Shown here: in pieces, positions 10,512 to 19,233 of the stretch
How positions within the stretch are numbered: position 1 is the first letter of the stretch
Layout of the letters: every line of letters begins with the position of its first letter
From: Roseburia sp.
GTDB lineage: Bacteria > Bacillota > Clostridia > Lachnospirales > Lachnospiraceae
Direction of reading: 5' to 3'
Length of the DNA stretch: 64,000 bases
Assembly (NCBI GenBank): GCA_050874505.1
Contig: JBNMKU010000003.1
Span: 1,115 to 65,114, forward strand
Translations under genes and position numbers: made by a program
The notes under the pieces: model-generated
The model's database searches: none
What the model saw: only the letters and a program-made list of their open reading frames with translations
Told to the model about the DNA's origin: nothing

Positions 10512-10579
10512 TTTTTTTGCAATTTCTTTTCAGTCGTGTTATACTGATAAGCGGTGGTCTTCCACCGTTCTTTTCATAC

Positions 10580-10669
10580 GGAGAGTTGTCCGAGTGGCTT
10601 AAGGTGCGGCTCTCGAAAAGCCGTGTACCCCAAATCAGGGTACCGTGGGTTCAAATCCCATGCTCTCCG
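10580..10669 (+). tRNA. tRNA-Ser(CGA)
   Basis: GGAGAGT/GCTCTCC acceptor stem, anticodon arm CGGCT-CT CGA AA-AGCCG, long variable arm, GGTTCAAATCC, discriminator G; TTGCAA..TATACT promoter upstream. Confidence 0.97.
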
Positions 10670-10781
10670 TTTTTTCTCAGATTCTACGAAATTTTACAAA
10701 AATCGATTTTTTCCCTTTTATTCCCAGTCCCAAAGTACTATAATATTTGTATACACATTAGTAAGTGAAAGGGGAAGTTCT

Positions 10782-12563
10782 ATGAAAACCAAAAGTGTAA
10801 AAGCATCTCTGACCACGATGTGCCTTTTTATTGTAGTGGTCTGTGTTGCCGTTATCGGTGCGGTTTCCGTTTTTAACATCCGCTCCATGTCAAATATGGC
10901 AAATTCCAATTATGAAAATGCAATGTCTGACGGATACAACTCTGAGATCAAATCCGAAGTACAGTCCGTCATTTCTATCCTGCAGTCCGAATATGACAGG
11001 GTACAGGCAGGCGATCTGACTGAAGAAGCTGCCAAGAAAGAAGCAGCCGAGATTGTACGTGCGATGCGTTATCGCGATGACGGAAGCGGTTATTTCTGGA
11101 TTGACGATACCGATTACAACCTTGTCATGCACCCGATCTTACCGGATCAGGAGGGAAATAACCGTTACGACCTGACTGACCAGAATGGTGTCAAGATCAT
11201 CCAGGAGATCATGAAAGTCTGCACCGGCGCAGACGGCGGCGGTTACAACGAATTCTACTTTACCAAATCAGATGGTGTTACCGTTGCACCAAAAATTGCA
11301 TACTCAGAACTGTTCGCACCTTGGGGATGGATCGTGTCTACCGGTAACTATGTAGACGATATGGACGCCACAATGGCAGCCGCAAAAACGGCGATCCAGC
11401 AGAAAGAATCCACGATGATCATCTCGATCGTAGGAATTGGTCTTTTAATGGCAGTCATTGCCGCTCTGGTTTCCATTAAATTCGGTAACGTCATCTGCAA
11501 ACCTCTGGTTCAGATCCAGGGTCTTGCAAAACGTATTTCTGACGGAAATCTTACAACCTCTGTCGATGTCCGTGAAAAGAACGAGCTCGGTCAGACCGCG
11601 GGTGCCTTAAACGTTGCACAGCAGCAGATTGTAGGGCTTATCTCCAATATTGACAGTACTGCCTCTGATCTGGAACATGCCGTTCTTGAATTTTCTAAGA
11701 ACTTCAACAGTATGAACGAATCCATTCAGAATGTATCCACCGCCATCGGTGAAATTGCAGAAAACACCAACTCACAGGCAATGTCCACAAACTCTGCTTC
11801 CCAGAGTATTGAGGAGATGAGCAGCGGTATCGAGAATACTTCCAAAGAAGTCGAAGCCCTCGATGAAAACTCCCAGATCATGCAGGATCGTTCTGTAAAA
11901 TCTATGGATACTTTAAAACAGTTGATCGAGATCACAACAAAGACAAAATCCGACATTGATTCCATGTATCAGCAGACACAGAGCAACAACGACTCCGTAT
12001 CCAAGATCAGCTCTGCTGCAACCCTGATCGGTGAGATTGCTTCCCAGACAAACCTGTTAGCACTCAACGCTTCCATCGAGGCTGCCCGCGCAGGCGAAGC
12101 CGGACGTGGATTTGCCGTTGTAGCAGAAGAGATCGGAAGTCTTGCAACACAGTCTGACCAGACCGTTCAGGAGATCAACACGATCATCGCAGAACTGATC
12201 AAAAACTCCAACCAGTCTGTTGAGATCATGCAGGAGATGAACACCGCTTCCGAGACACAGGTCAACGCTTTAGAGAGCACACAGACCATGTTCCAGGAAC
12301 TGATGGAGGCACTGCACGCCTGCATGGCATCTATCGAAAGTATCAGCGGAAAGATCCAGAACATGAACGCGCAGCGTGAGATGATCACCGAAAGCATTAC
12401 CACGTTAAATCAGCTCGCCACAGACAATGCTTCCTCCACCGAGGAAACTTCCGCTATGGCTACTGAATTAGAGAGCGTGGTATCACGTTCTTCCCAGCTG
12501 GTTGAAACTTTATCACAGAACATTGAGGCTCTTTCTGAGAACATGAAACAGTTCCAGTTTTAA
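10782..12563 (+). CDS. Methyl-accepting chemotaxis protein (Cache sensor, HAMP, MCP signalling domain)
   Basis: TM-Cache ([19 protein letters not shown])-TM-HAMP; [30 protein letters not shown]; start MKTKS after AGGGGA. Confidence 0.95.
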   Translation: MKTKSVKASLTTMCLFIVVVCVAVIGAVSVFNIRSMSNMANSNYENAMSDGYNSEIKSEVQSVISILQSEYDRVQAGDLTEEAAKKEAAEIVRAMRYRDDGSGYFWIDDTDYNLVMHPILPDQEGNNRYDLTDQNGVKIIQEIMKVCTGADGGGYNEFYFTKSDGVTVAPKIAYSELFAPWGWIVSTGNYVDDMDATMAAAKTAIQQKESTMIISIVGIGLLMAVIAALVSIKFGNVICKPLVQIQGLAKRISDGNLTTSVDVREKNELGQTAGALNVAQQQIVGLISNIDSTASDLEHAVLEFSKNFNSMNESIQNVSTAIGEIAENTNSQAMSTNSASQSIEEMSSGIENTSKEVEALDENSQIMQDRSVKSMDTLKQLIEITTKTKSDIDSMYQQTQSNNDSVSKISSAATLIGEIASQTNLLALNASIEAARAGEAGRGFAVVAEEIGSLATQSDQTVQEINTIIAELIKNSNQSVEIMQEMNTASETQVNALESTQTMFQELMEALHACMASIESISGKIQNMNAQREMITESITTLNQLATDNASSTEETSAMATELESVVSRSSQLVETLSQNIEALSENMKQFQF

Positions 12564-12571
12564 AGAAACAT

Positions 12572-12600
12572 ACATAATTTGTCCATCTCAGGAGATACTA
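12572..12600 (+). promoter_or_regulatory. Possible forespore-type (SigF/SigG) promoter
   Basis: ACATA-N14-GGAGATACTA (or ACATA-N17-GATACTA), resembling Bacillus SigF/SigG consensus. Confidence 0.4.
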
Positions 12601-12634
12601 CCTTAGAAAAGAAATAAAAAGGAGGCTCTTTGCC

Positions 12635-12790
12635 ATGGCATCTTATGTAGCACCAGAGATCAGCGATAAGTTCAATACCTTATCCGCTGACCTAAAAGAT
12701 CTGATCTTAGAGCGCAATGTTACGCTCCGCAATATGCAGGATCTGATCCAGGTCCTGGAAGAGATCGTAAAAGAAGGGGAAGACGAATAA
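12635..12790 (+). CDS. Small 51-aa hypothetical protein (not in ORF track)
   Basis: AAAGGAGG RBS; MASYVAPEISDKFNTLSADLKDLILERNVTLRNMQDLIQVLEEIVKEGEDE*; followed by a terminator. Confidence 0.85.
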   Translation: MASYVAPEISDKFNTLSADLKDLILERNVTLRNMQDLIQVLEEIVKEGEDE

Positions 12791-12809
12791 CCGGCCTCCC
12801 CTTCTTTTT
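12770..12809. terminator. Bidirectional terminator between the 51-aa ORF and copA
   Basis: AAAAGAAGGGGA/TCCCCTTCTTTT inverted repeat. Confidence 0.7.
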
Positions 12810-12813
12810 GTTT

Positions 12814-15369
12814 CTAGTTTATTCCCGTTACTTCATAACCTGCATCCACAACGGCTGCCTTTAACGCATCCTTAGATACGGTATCATCTGATGTAACAAC
12901 TGCGTTCTTTGCCTCTAAGCTGACCGTAACAGCGGTTACTCCCGGCACTTCCTGTAATGCTTTCTCGACTCTGCCCTGGCAGTGTCCACACATCATTCCT
13001 TCAATGTTTAATGTTGTTGTCATACTCTTCTTTTCCTCTCTTTCTTCCTGTTTTTTATCTTCTTTTCGGAGACGTAAGCCCTTTAGGCGCAGTGCATTGC
13101 TGACAACGCATACGCTGCTTAAGCTCATTGCGGCTGCCCCGAACATCGGGTTCAACCGGATTCCCCAAATAGGATATAACAAACCTGCTGCCACCGGTAT
13201 TCCGATGCTGTTATAGAAAAATGCCCAGAACAGATTCTGTTTGATATTCCGGATCACCGCCTTGCTCAGCCGGATCGAACCGACTGCATCCAGCAGATCG
13301 TTTTTCATCAGAACGATATCTGCACTCTCGATCGCAACGTCTGTTCCTGCACCGATCGCAATTCCTACATCTGCTGCTGCAAGTGCCGGTGCATCATTGA
13401 TGCCGTCGCCGATCATGGCAACCTTATGTCCCGCCTGTTTTAATGCTGATACCTTTTCTTCTTTCTGGGTCGGTAACACCCCTGCGATGACTTCATCGAT
13501 GCCAACCTGCTCTTTGATCGCCTGTGCCGTGACTTCATTGTCTCCGGTCAGCATGATCACATGGATGCCTTCTTTCTTGAACTCATCGACTGCCTCTTTA
13601 CTGGTCTCTTTCACAACATCTGCCACAGCGATCACGCCGAGCAGTGTCTGTTCCTCTGCAAAGATCAGCGGTGTCTTGCCCGCTTTTGCAAATTCCTGCA
13701 TTTTTGCCTTTAATGCTTCGGACAGGATCAGTTTCTTTTCTTCCATGAGTTTTTCATTTCCGGCAAAATAAGTCTTTGTCTCGCCCTCAAATGAAATGCT
13801 TCCCTCGATCCCTTTTCCAAAGGTCGCCTGGAAATCATTTACCTTTTCAAATGAGATATGCTGTTCCTGACAGTAACGGATGATCGCCTCCGCAAGCGGA
13901 TGTTCGCTTCCACGCTCTAAGCTGCCTGCCACGGTAAGCAGTTTCTGGTCGTTCCCACTAATACAGAAGACATCTGTTACAACCGGTTTCCCCTTGGTGA
14001 TCGTTCCCGTCTTGTCCATCACGACCGTATCGATCAGATGGGCTGTCTCCAACGCTTCCCCGGACTTGATCAGAATACCGTTTTCAGCGCCTTTTCCCGT
14101 TCCTACCATGATGGCAACCGGAGTCGCTAAGCCCAATGCACACGGACAGGAGATGACGAGTACCGCGATCGCATTTGACATGGCAAATTCAAACTGTGCC
14201 CCACTGAGCAGCCAGATGAAAAAGGTAACCAGTGCGATCCCTATGACAGTCGGCACAAAAATGCCGGATATCTTGTCTGCCAGTCTGGCGATCGGTGCTT
14301 TACTCTGAGAAGCCTCCTCCACCAGTTTTATGATCTGGGCGATCGTCGTATCTTCGCCTACTTTGGATGCGCGGGCACGGATCAGTCCTGCCTTGTTGAT
14401 GGAGGCGGAAACAACCTTATCGCCTTCCTGTTTTAATACCGGGATACTCTCTCCGGTGATCGCTGATTCATCAAAGGAAGATCTTCCTTCCACGATCGTA
14501 CCGTCTACCGCAACTGCCTCTCCCGGCTTGATCAGGAAGATATCTCCGACCTGTACTTCGGAGGCATCAACGACAGTCTCTGCTCCATCCCGGACAACCG
14601 TTACGGTCTTTGGTGCCAGGTTCATCAGTTTTGTGATCGCCTCACTCGTCCGCCCTTTTGACTTCGTCTCAAGATATTTTCCAACCGTGATCAGGGTTAA
14701 GATCATACCGGCTGACTCAAAGTAGAGATCATGGCTGTAGTGCATGACCACGTCTGCATCCCCATGTCCAAGTCCATATCCAATCCGGTAAATGGCAAAG
14801 ATACCATACACGATCGATGCGGTCGCTCCGATCGCGATCAGGCTGTCCATGTTCGGACTGCGCTTTGCCAACGTCCTAAATCCGTTGCGGAAATATTTCT
14901 GATTCACAAACAGGATCGGCAGCAACAATAAGAACTGCGTAAACGCATAGGTAACTGCATTTTCATTGCCGTGTAAAAACTTCATCGTAAACGGCGGCAT
15001 TGGCACGCCAAGCCAGTTATAGATCATGTGTCCCATTGAAACATACATCAGCGGTACAAGGAAAATAACAGAAATGATCAACCGCTTTTTCATATTTGCA
15101 ATGTTTTTCTGCTGTACCGATACCGCATCTGTTTCACTGGATGACTTCGCAGCGGTCTTTCCCTTTACCGAAGCTCCATAGCCGGCTTCCTCTACGGCTT
15201 TGATGATGGCAGCCGTACTCGTCTTTTCTTCCTGAAATTCTACCTGCATGCTGTTTGTCAACAGGTTTACCATTACTTTATCTACGCCATCCACTTTCGA
15301 GACGCTTTTTTCCACATGGGCAGAGCAGGCAGAACAACTCATGCCGGTCACGTCAAAACTTTCTTTCAA
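12814..15369 (-). CDS. copA: Copper-translocating P1B-type ATPase with N- and C-terminal HMA domains
   Basis: GMSCSAC and GMMCGHC HMA motifs, TGES, CPCALGLATP, DKTGT, SEHPL, GDGINDAP, YN and MxxSS ligands. Confidence 0.97.
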   Translation of the reverse strand: MKESFDVTGMSCSACSAHVEKSVSKVDGVDKVMVNLLTNSMQVEFQEEKTSTAAIIKAVEEAGYGASVKGKTAAKSSSETDAVSVQQKNIANMKKRLIISVIFLVPLMYVSMGHMIYNWLGVPMPPFTMKFLHGNENAVTYAFTQFLLLLPILFVNQKYFRNGFRTLAKRSPNMDSLIAIGATASIVYGIFAIYRIGYGLGHGDADVVMHYSHDLYFESAGMILTLITVGKYLETKSKGRTSEAITKLMNLAPKTVTVVRDGAETVVDASEVQVGDIFLIKPGEAVAVDGTIVEGRSSFDESAITGESIPVLKQEGDKVVSASINKAGLIRARASKVGEDTTIAQIIKLVEEASQSKAPIARLADKISGIFVPTVIGIALVTFFIWLLSGAQFEFAMSNAIAVLVISCPCALGLATPVAIMVGTGKGAENGILIKSGEALETAHLIDTVVMDKTGTITKGKPVVTDVFCISGNDQKLLTVAGSLERGSEHPLAEAIIRYCQEQHISFEKVNDFQATFGKGIEGSISFEGETKTYFAGNEKLMEEKKLILSEALKAKMQEFAKAGKTPLIFAEEQTLLGVIAVADVVKETSKEAVDEFKKEGIHVIMLTGDNEVTAQAIKEQVGIDEVIAGVLPTQKEEKVSALKQAGHKVAMIGDGINDAPALAAADVGIAIGAGTDVAIESADIVLMKNDLLDAVGSIRLSKAVIRNIKQNLFWAFFYNSIGIPVAAGLLYPIWGIRLNPMFGAAAMSLSSVCVVSNALRLKGLRLRKEDKKQEEREEKKSMTTTLNIEGMMCGHCQGRVEKALQEVPGVTAVTVSLEAKNAVVTSDDTVSKDALKAAVVDAGYEVTGIN

Positions 15370-15385
15370 CTTTTCGCCCTCTCTT

Positions 15386-15697
15386 TCATTTCATTAATTT
15401 CTGAAGCAGGTCGCACAGTTCGTCCACTGCCTCTTCTTTTCCCTCGCGGATATCTTCCGAAACACAACTTTTGATATGTCGGGATAAAAGTTCTTTATTA
15501 AACGAGTTGAGTGCTGCCTGGATTGCAGATACCTGCGTTAAGATATCCACGCAGTAGCGGTCATCTTCTACCATCGCTTTTACACCGCGCACCTGACCCT
15601 CAATGCGGCTCATCCGCGTGATGAGTTTCTTTTTTTCTTCTGCCTCGCGCTGCTTGTGACGGATAGAACCCTCTGCTGCGCATTTTTCACATGACAT
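15386..15697 (-). CDS. csoR: Copper-sensing repressor CsoR
   Basis: RMSRIEGQVRG, YCVDILTQ, HIKSC (Cys-His-Cys); start MSCEK after GGAGG. Confidence 0.93.
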   Translation of the reverse strand: MSCEKCAAEGSIRHKQREAEEKKKLITRMSRIEGQVRGVKAMVEDDRYCVDILTQVSAIQAALNSFNKELLSRHIKSCVSEDIREGKEEAVDELCDLLQKLMK

Positions 15698-15723
15698 GTT
15701 CTCGACCTCCATTTGTGTTTCTC

Positions 15724-15773
15724 ATACCCCCTGGGGGTATATAGAATATACACCTGTTTCCACTCTGTGTCAA
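15724..15773 (-). promoter_or_regulatory. SigA promoter of csoR-copA with CsoR operator
   Basis: TTGACA-N17-TATATT (15773-15745) followed by the palindrome ATACCCCC-T-GGGGGTAT (15724-15740). Confidence 0.9.
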
Positions 15774-15881
15774 CTAGCATATCCAATAATTTTTCTCATA
15801 TACCCCTATTTTTGCGACAAAAAAGAAGCCACACACAGTTTCCCAGTGTGCAGCCCCCAATCAGCTTACATTCTTTCTTTT

Positions 15882-16307
15882 TTATGCCAATGCTTTACCA
15901 AGTGCCTTGCATGCAGCGATCGCGTCATCATCCGGTGTTTCATGTGCGATCACACCTTCACCAGTTGCGATCACAGCTCCGGCTGCATTCATACGGTCTT
16001 CCCAGTCACGCATCCACTGTCCATCGCCCCATCCGTAAGAACCGAACAGTCCGACTTTCTTTCCACTTACAAATCCTTCTACTTCTGCTACGAAAGGCTC
16101 CATCTCACTTTCCTCTAATACCTCTGCTCCCATTGCCGGGCATCCAAGTGCAAATGAATCTGCTGCCTTTAAGTCATCCATGGATACGGCAGAAATCGGT
16201 AAAACCGCTGCATCTTTTCCTGCCTCTTTGATCCCCTCTGCAACAGCATTTGCCATTGCCTCCGTATTGCCGGTCTGTGACCAGTATGCTACGATAATCT
16301 GACTCAT
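15882..16307 (-). CDS. Short-chain flavodoxin
   Basis: YWSQTGNTEAMA, GCPAMG, LFGSYGWGDGQWM. Confidence 0.95.
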   Translation of the reverse strand: MSQIIVAYWSQTGNTEAMANAVAEGIKEAGKDAAVLPISAVSMDDLKAADSFALGCPAMGAEVLEESEMEPFVAEVEGFVSGKKVGLFGSYGWGDGQWMRDWEDRMNAAGAVIATGEGVIAHETPDDDAIAACKALGKALA

Positions 16308-16360
16308 ATTTCCTCCATTCTGGCATCCTTTTGATGTCTTCTTTACATTTTATCCTGTTA

Positions 16361-16972
16361 TTATGCTGATTGCAGCAGTTTTCCATACATCACGAGTTCT
16401 GTAATGTCCATTCCTGCGAAAACCAGCCGGATAGCCTCTTCTCTTGCAGCGTTATATTGTTCGAATGTTCTTCTGGCTTTTGCCACATCTCCGTACACTT
16501 TCCAATAACCGCTGTATAAATAATTTCTTCCCTCGTTCTCAATAAACCCTAATACATCTTCTACAGGGTAACCTAGGAGCAGGCCAAGTTCATGTGGAAA
16601 AGACTGATGGTCTGACATATATTTTTGATAGCGGGCACACAATTTTTCAAAAATGTCAATAAGGCGTAATGTCTGATACCCAAACAATAACATCGTCTGT
16701 CGTACCTCTTCCCGGTTTAAGTAAGCGAGCAATTCTTTTTCCCGGAATAAAAGCATGGTAGCGCGATTCTCTGTCTGGTAGAGTGTATGTACAGTAATAT
16801 CTGTATCACGGAATAAATCTTCCACATCTTCTACGCAGTTTTTTGAAACCGTCAGTAAGTTGGAAAGTTTTATTCCCGTAAGAAGCGGGGCACACTGAAG
16901 TGCCAGTTGAGTCTTTAATTCTTTTTTATCCATCTTCTCCACAATCTCTAACACTTCCCTGCTCATGGTCAT
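16361..16972 (-). CDS. DUF3793 family protein
   Basis: QCAPLLTGIK, FPHELGLLLGYPVEDV, GYWKVY. Confidence 0.85.
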   Translation of the reverse strand: MTMSREVLEIVEKMDKKELKTQLALQCAPLLTGIKLSNLLTVSKNCVEDVEDLFRDTDITVHTLYQTENRATMLLFREKELLAYLNREEVRQTMLLFGYQTLRLIDIFEKLCARYQKYMSDHQSFPHELGLLLGYPVEDVLGFIENEGRNYLYSGYWKVYGDVAKARRTFEQYNAAREEAIRLVFAGMDITELVMYGKLLQSA

Positions 16973-16986
16973 CTCCTATATCTTCA

Positions 16987-17086
16987 AGTTAGTTTTAGCT
17001 AACTCATGTTCAAAAAAGAAAGAGCTTTTGTTCTGCTCATTTCCTTTTCTGATAGTTAGTTTATACTAACTTTTGTTATTTGTCAA
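16987..17086 (-). promoter_or_regulatory. SigA promoter with two AGTTAG-N6-CTAACT operators (DtxR/MntR-like)
   Basis: Identical palindrome arms at 16987-17004 and 17054-17071; TTGACA(17086-17081)-N17-TAAACT overlaps the second. Confidence 0.75.
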
Positions 17087-17109
17087 CAACTATTTTAAAT
17101 TTTTTTATT

Positions 17110-17871
17110 TTATGGTTCGAGCATCGCATTCATCACTTCCATCTTTTCCTCTGCCTGATAAATGAGCCGGCTGCACTCCTTCAGTTCGTCAGAGAAATCA
17201 TTGACATCCCCCTGATAAAGTGACTTGTATTTGATGTCATGCTCTAAGCTCGCCCACAGATCCATTGCAAGTGTCCGGATCTGTAATTCAACCGGGACCA
17301 TCTGCTTTTTATTCATAAAATAAACCGGCACACGGATGACCATATGAAGGCTGCGGTAACCATTTGGCTTCGGCTCCTGGATATAATCCTTGATCTGCAT
17401 GATATAGATATCATCCTGCGCCATAATACGGTCACGGATCAGATAGACATCCTTGATATAGGAACATACAACCCGGATCCCGGCAATATCATAGATATTG
17501 TTGCAGGCCGCACCGAGGGTCAGAGCCAGATCTTTTTTCTCAAGTTTTCCCAGAATACTCTTTGCTGATTTCAGCCGTGTGTCAATATGGTGGATCGGGC
17601 ATCTGAGCTTGCGGTACTGAAATTCGTCCTCGATGATCTCCAACCGCGCCGTTGTCGCACACAATGCGGCATTATACATCCGAAGGATCGGATCGATCGT
17701 CTGTGAAAATTCATCCTTGATGTCTGCGATCCGCTCCATATCATCGTTCATGGCTTCCTGCAGAGACATCACTTCATATACCTGTATCACTTCTTCACTC
17801 GAATTTTCTGTCTGCTGGCTCTCTACCATAACCCCCTGCTCATAGTGGGTGCTTACTTTCTTTTGTCCCAT
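17110..17871 (-). CDS. Small alarmone synthetase (RelP/RelQ-like GTP pyrophosphokinase)
   Basis: RLKSAKSI, DIAGIRVVC, KDYI..PKPNGYRSLH, ELQIRT, WASLEH; start 17871 or 17829. Confidence 0.9.
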   Translation of the reverse strand: MGQKKVSTHYEQGVMVESQQTENSSEEVIQVYEVMSLQEAMNDDMERIADIKDEFSQTIDPILRMYNAALCATTARLEIIEDEFQYRKLRCPIHHIDTRLKSAKSILGKLEKKDLALTLGAACNNIYDIAGIRVVCSYIKDVYLIRDRIMAQDDIYIMQIKDYIQEPKPNGYRSLHMVIRVPVYFMNKKQMVPVELQIRTLAMDLWASLEHDIKYKSLYQGDVNDFSDELKECSRLIYQAEEKMEVMNAMLEP

Positions 17872-17955
17872 AGAATTATGTATTCTCCATTTCCGGGCTG
17901 CCTCTCCCCGGCAGCCTCTTTCTTTTAGTATAACAGACAATGCTAAATCCATCGT

Positions 17956-17997
17956 AAAACCCCGATAAAATATTTCTAAAATTTTATCGGGGTCTTT
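17956..17997 (-). terminator. Terminator after the uridylyltransferase gene
   Basis: ACCCCGATAAAAT/ATTTTATCGGGGT inverted repeat with T tail. Confidence 0.8.
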
Positions 17998-18010
17998 CTG
18001 TTCTTCTTAT

Positions 18011-19219
18011 TTATAATTCGATGCCGCAGCCCTTCATCAGCTCTCTTGCTGAATCTAAGGAATCGACACCATGTAAATTTTTGATCGGGGCAAATTCTCT
18101 TGCACGGTCTACCTCATATGGAAGACAGTCTGCCATCATGTGTACCATATCAAGTACCAGGTTTTCGAATTTGTAACCATTTGGCTCTTCCGGTCTGATA
18201 AAGTTGCCTTCCAGATCCATGTACGGAATCTTCTTTTCCACAACATGAACCGGCATTCTGGCATCTGCAATCTCCTCCAAACGTTTCTCAGAGAACAAAT
18301 AGTTTAAGATGACGCCAAATCCGTAGAGCAGATCTCCGTTTTCCTTGCGTGCTGTTGCCATCTCCTGTGTCATCTCGTAGTACTCGGCGATCGATGGTCT
18401 GCCATCCTCGGTACAGAGTACACCTACTTTTTCATCTGGTGCTGCTTTGCGCACTACTTTTGCTCCGCTCTCTCTGCCATATGCAATGGTCGCACCCACG
18501 AATACCGGGTCTGCGATCCGCTGCAAGCAGTTGTCTACTGCAAATACGTTGATCCACTCAATACCTCTTGCTTTAATATCAGAAAGAAGTCCTGCATTTA
18601 CCATAGAGCCAAACCATCCACCGTTGCCGTTTGGTGACATTGCAACTTTGGTGTTGCTCTCCATATAAACTCTGCCCTGATAATCACACGCCGGAGCCAT
18701 CTCCTGCACGAAGAAACGCACATCCTCTTTGGGATAACCAAAGTACTGATGCTCCTCAAAAAATGCAACGGTGTCATCATGGTTGATATCACTTGTCATA
18801 ATGTATAAAGGAACCGATACACCTGCTTCATCTGTCACATCCATCAGGTTACGGAGCAGCTGCTCAAACAGATATAATTCCCGGTTGATACCGATGTTTA
18901 ATGTTCCCTTTGGCTTGTCGAGCCCAAGTCTGGTTCCCTGTCCGCCTGCCAAAAGCACAGCCCCGACCTTGCCCGCACGGATCGCTTCCAGTCCGATCTT
19001 ACGAAATTCCTCACCACGTCTTTCGATCTCAGAAAGTTCTACTGCCTCAAGTGGTGCAAAAACTCCTCTCTCATTTACCGTTTCTTTTCTCTCGATATGC
19101 TCTAATACCGACCAGTCGATCTCTGCCAGTTTCTTTTCTAATATTTTTTTCTCTTCTGGCGTACAAGCCTCCATCGCAGCCTTAATATAGCACTGTTTTG
19201 AATCCTCTAAAATATTCAC
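18011..19219 (-). CDS. UDPGP-family nucleotidyltransferase (eukaryotic UAP-like UDP-hexosamine/UDP-glucose pyrophosphorylase)
   Basis: LAGGQGTRLG..PKG, SPNGNGG, VDN, KFE, EFAPIKN. Confidence 0.88.
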   Translation of the reverse strand: MNILEDSKQCYIKAAMEACTPEEKKILEKKLAEIDWSVLEHIERKETVNERGVFAPLEAVELSEIERRGEEFRKIGLEAIRAGKVGAVLLAGGQGTRLGLDKPKGTLNIGINRELYLFEQLLRNLMDVTDEAGVSVPLYIMTSDINHDDTVAFFEEHQYFGYPKEDVRFFVQEMAPACDYQGRVYMESNTKVAMSPNGNGGWFGSMVNAGLLSDIKARGIEWINVFAVDNCLQRIADPVFVGATIAYGRESGAKVVRKAAPDEKVGVLCTEDGRPSIAEYYEMTQEMATARKENGDLLYGFGVILNYLFSEKRLEEIADARMPVHVVEKKIPYMDLEGNFIRPEEPNGYKFENLVLDMVHMMADCLPYEVDRAREFAPIKNLHGVDSLDSARELMKGCGIEL

Positions 19220-19233
19220 TTGTGTGTCCCCCT

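Noticed and set aside
9521-10669. tRNA genes as integration sites of a genomic island
   Set aside because: No integrase, and no duplicated tRNA 3' end noticed in the window
10508-10781. ORF-track N-terminal extension of the MCP and the 86-aa ORF at 10508
   Set aside because: Both run through the tRNA-Ser gene; the real MCP start with RBS is at 10782
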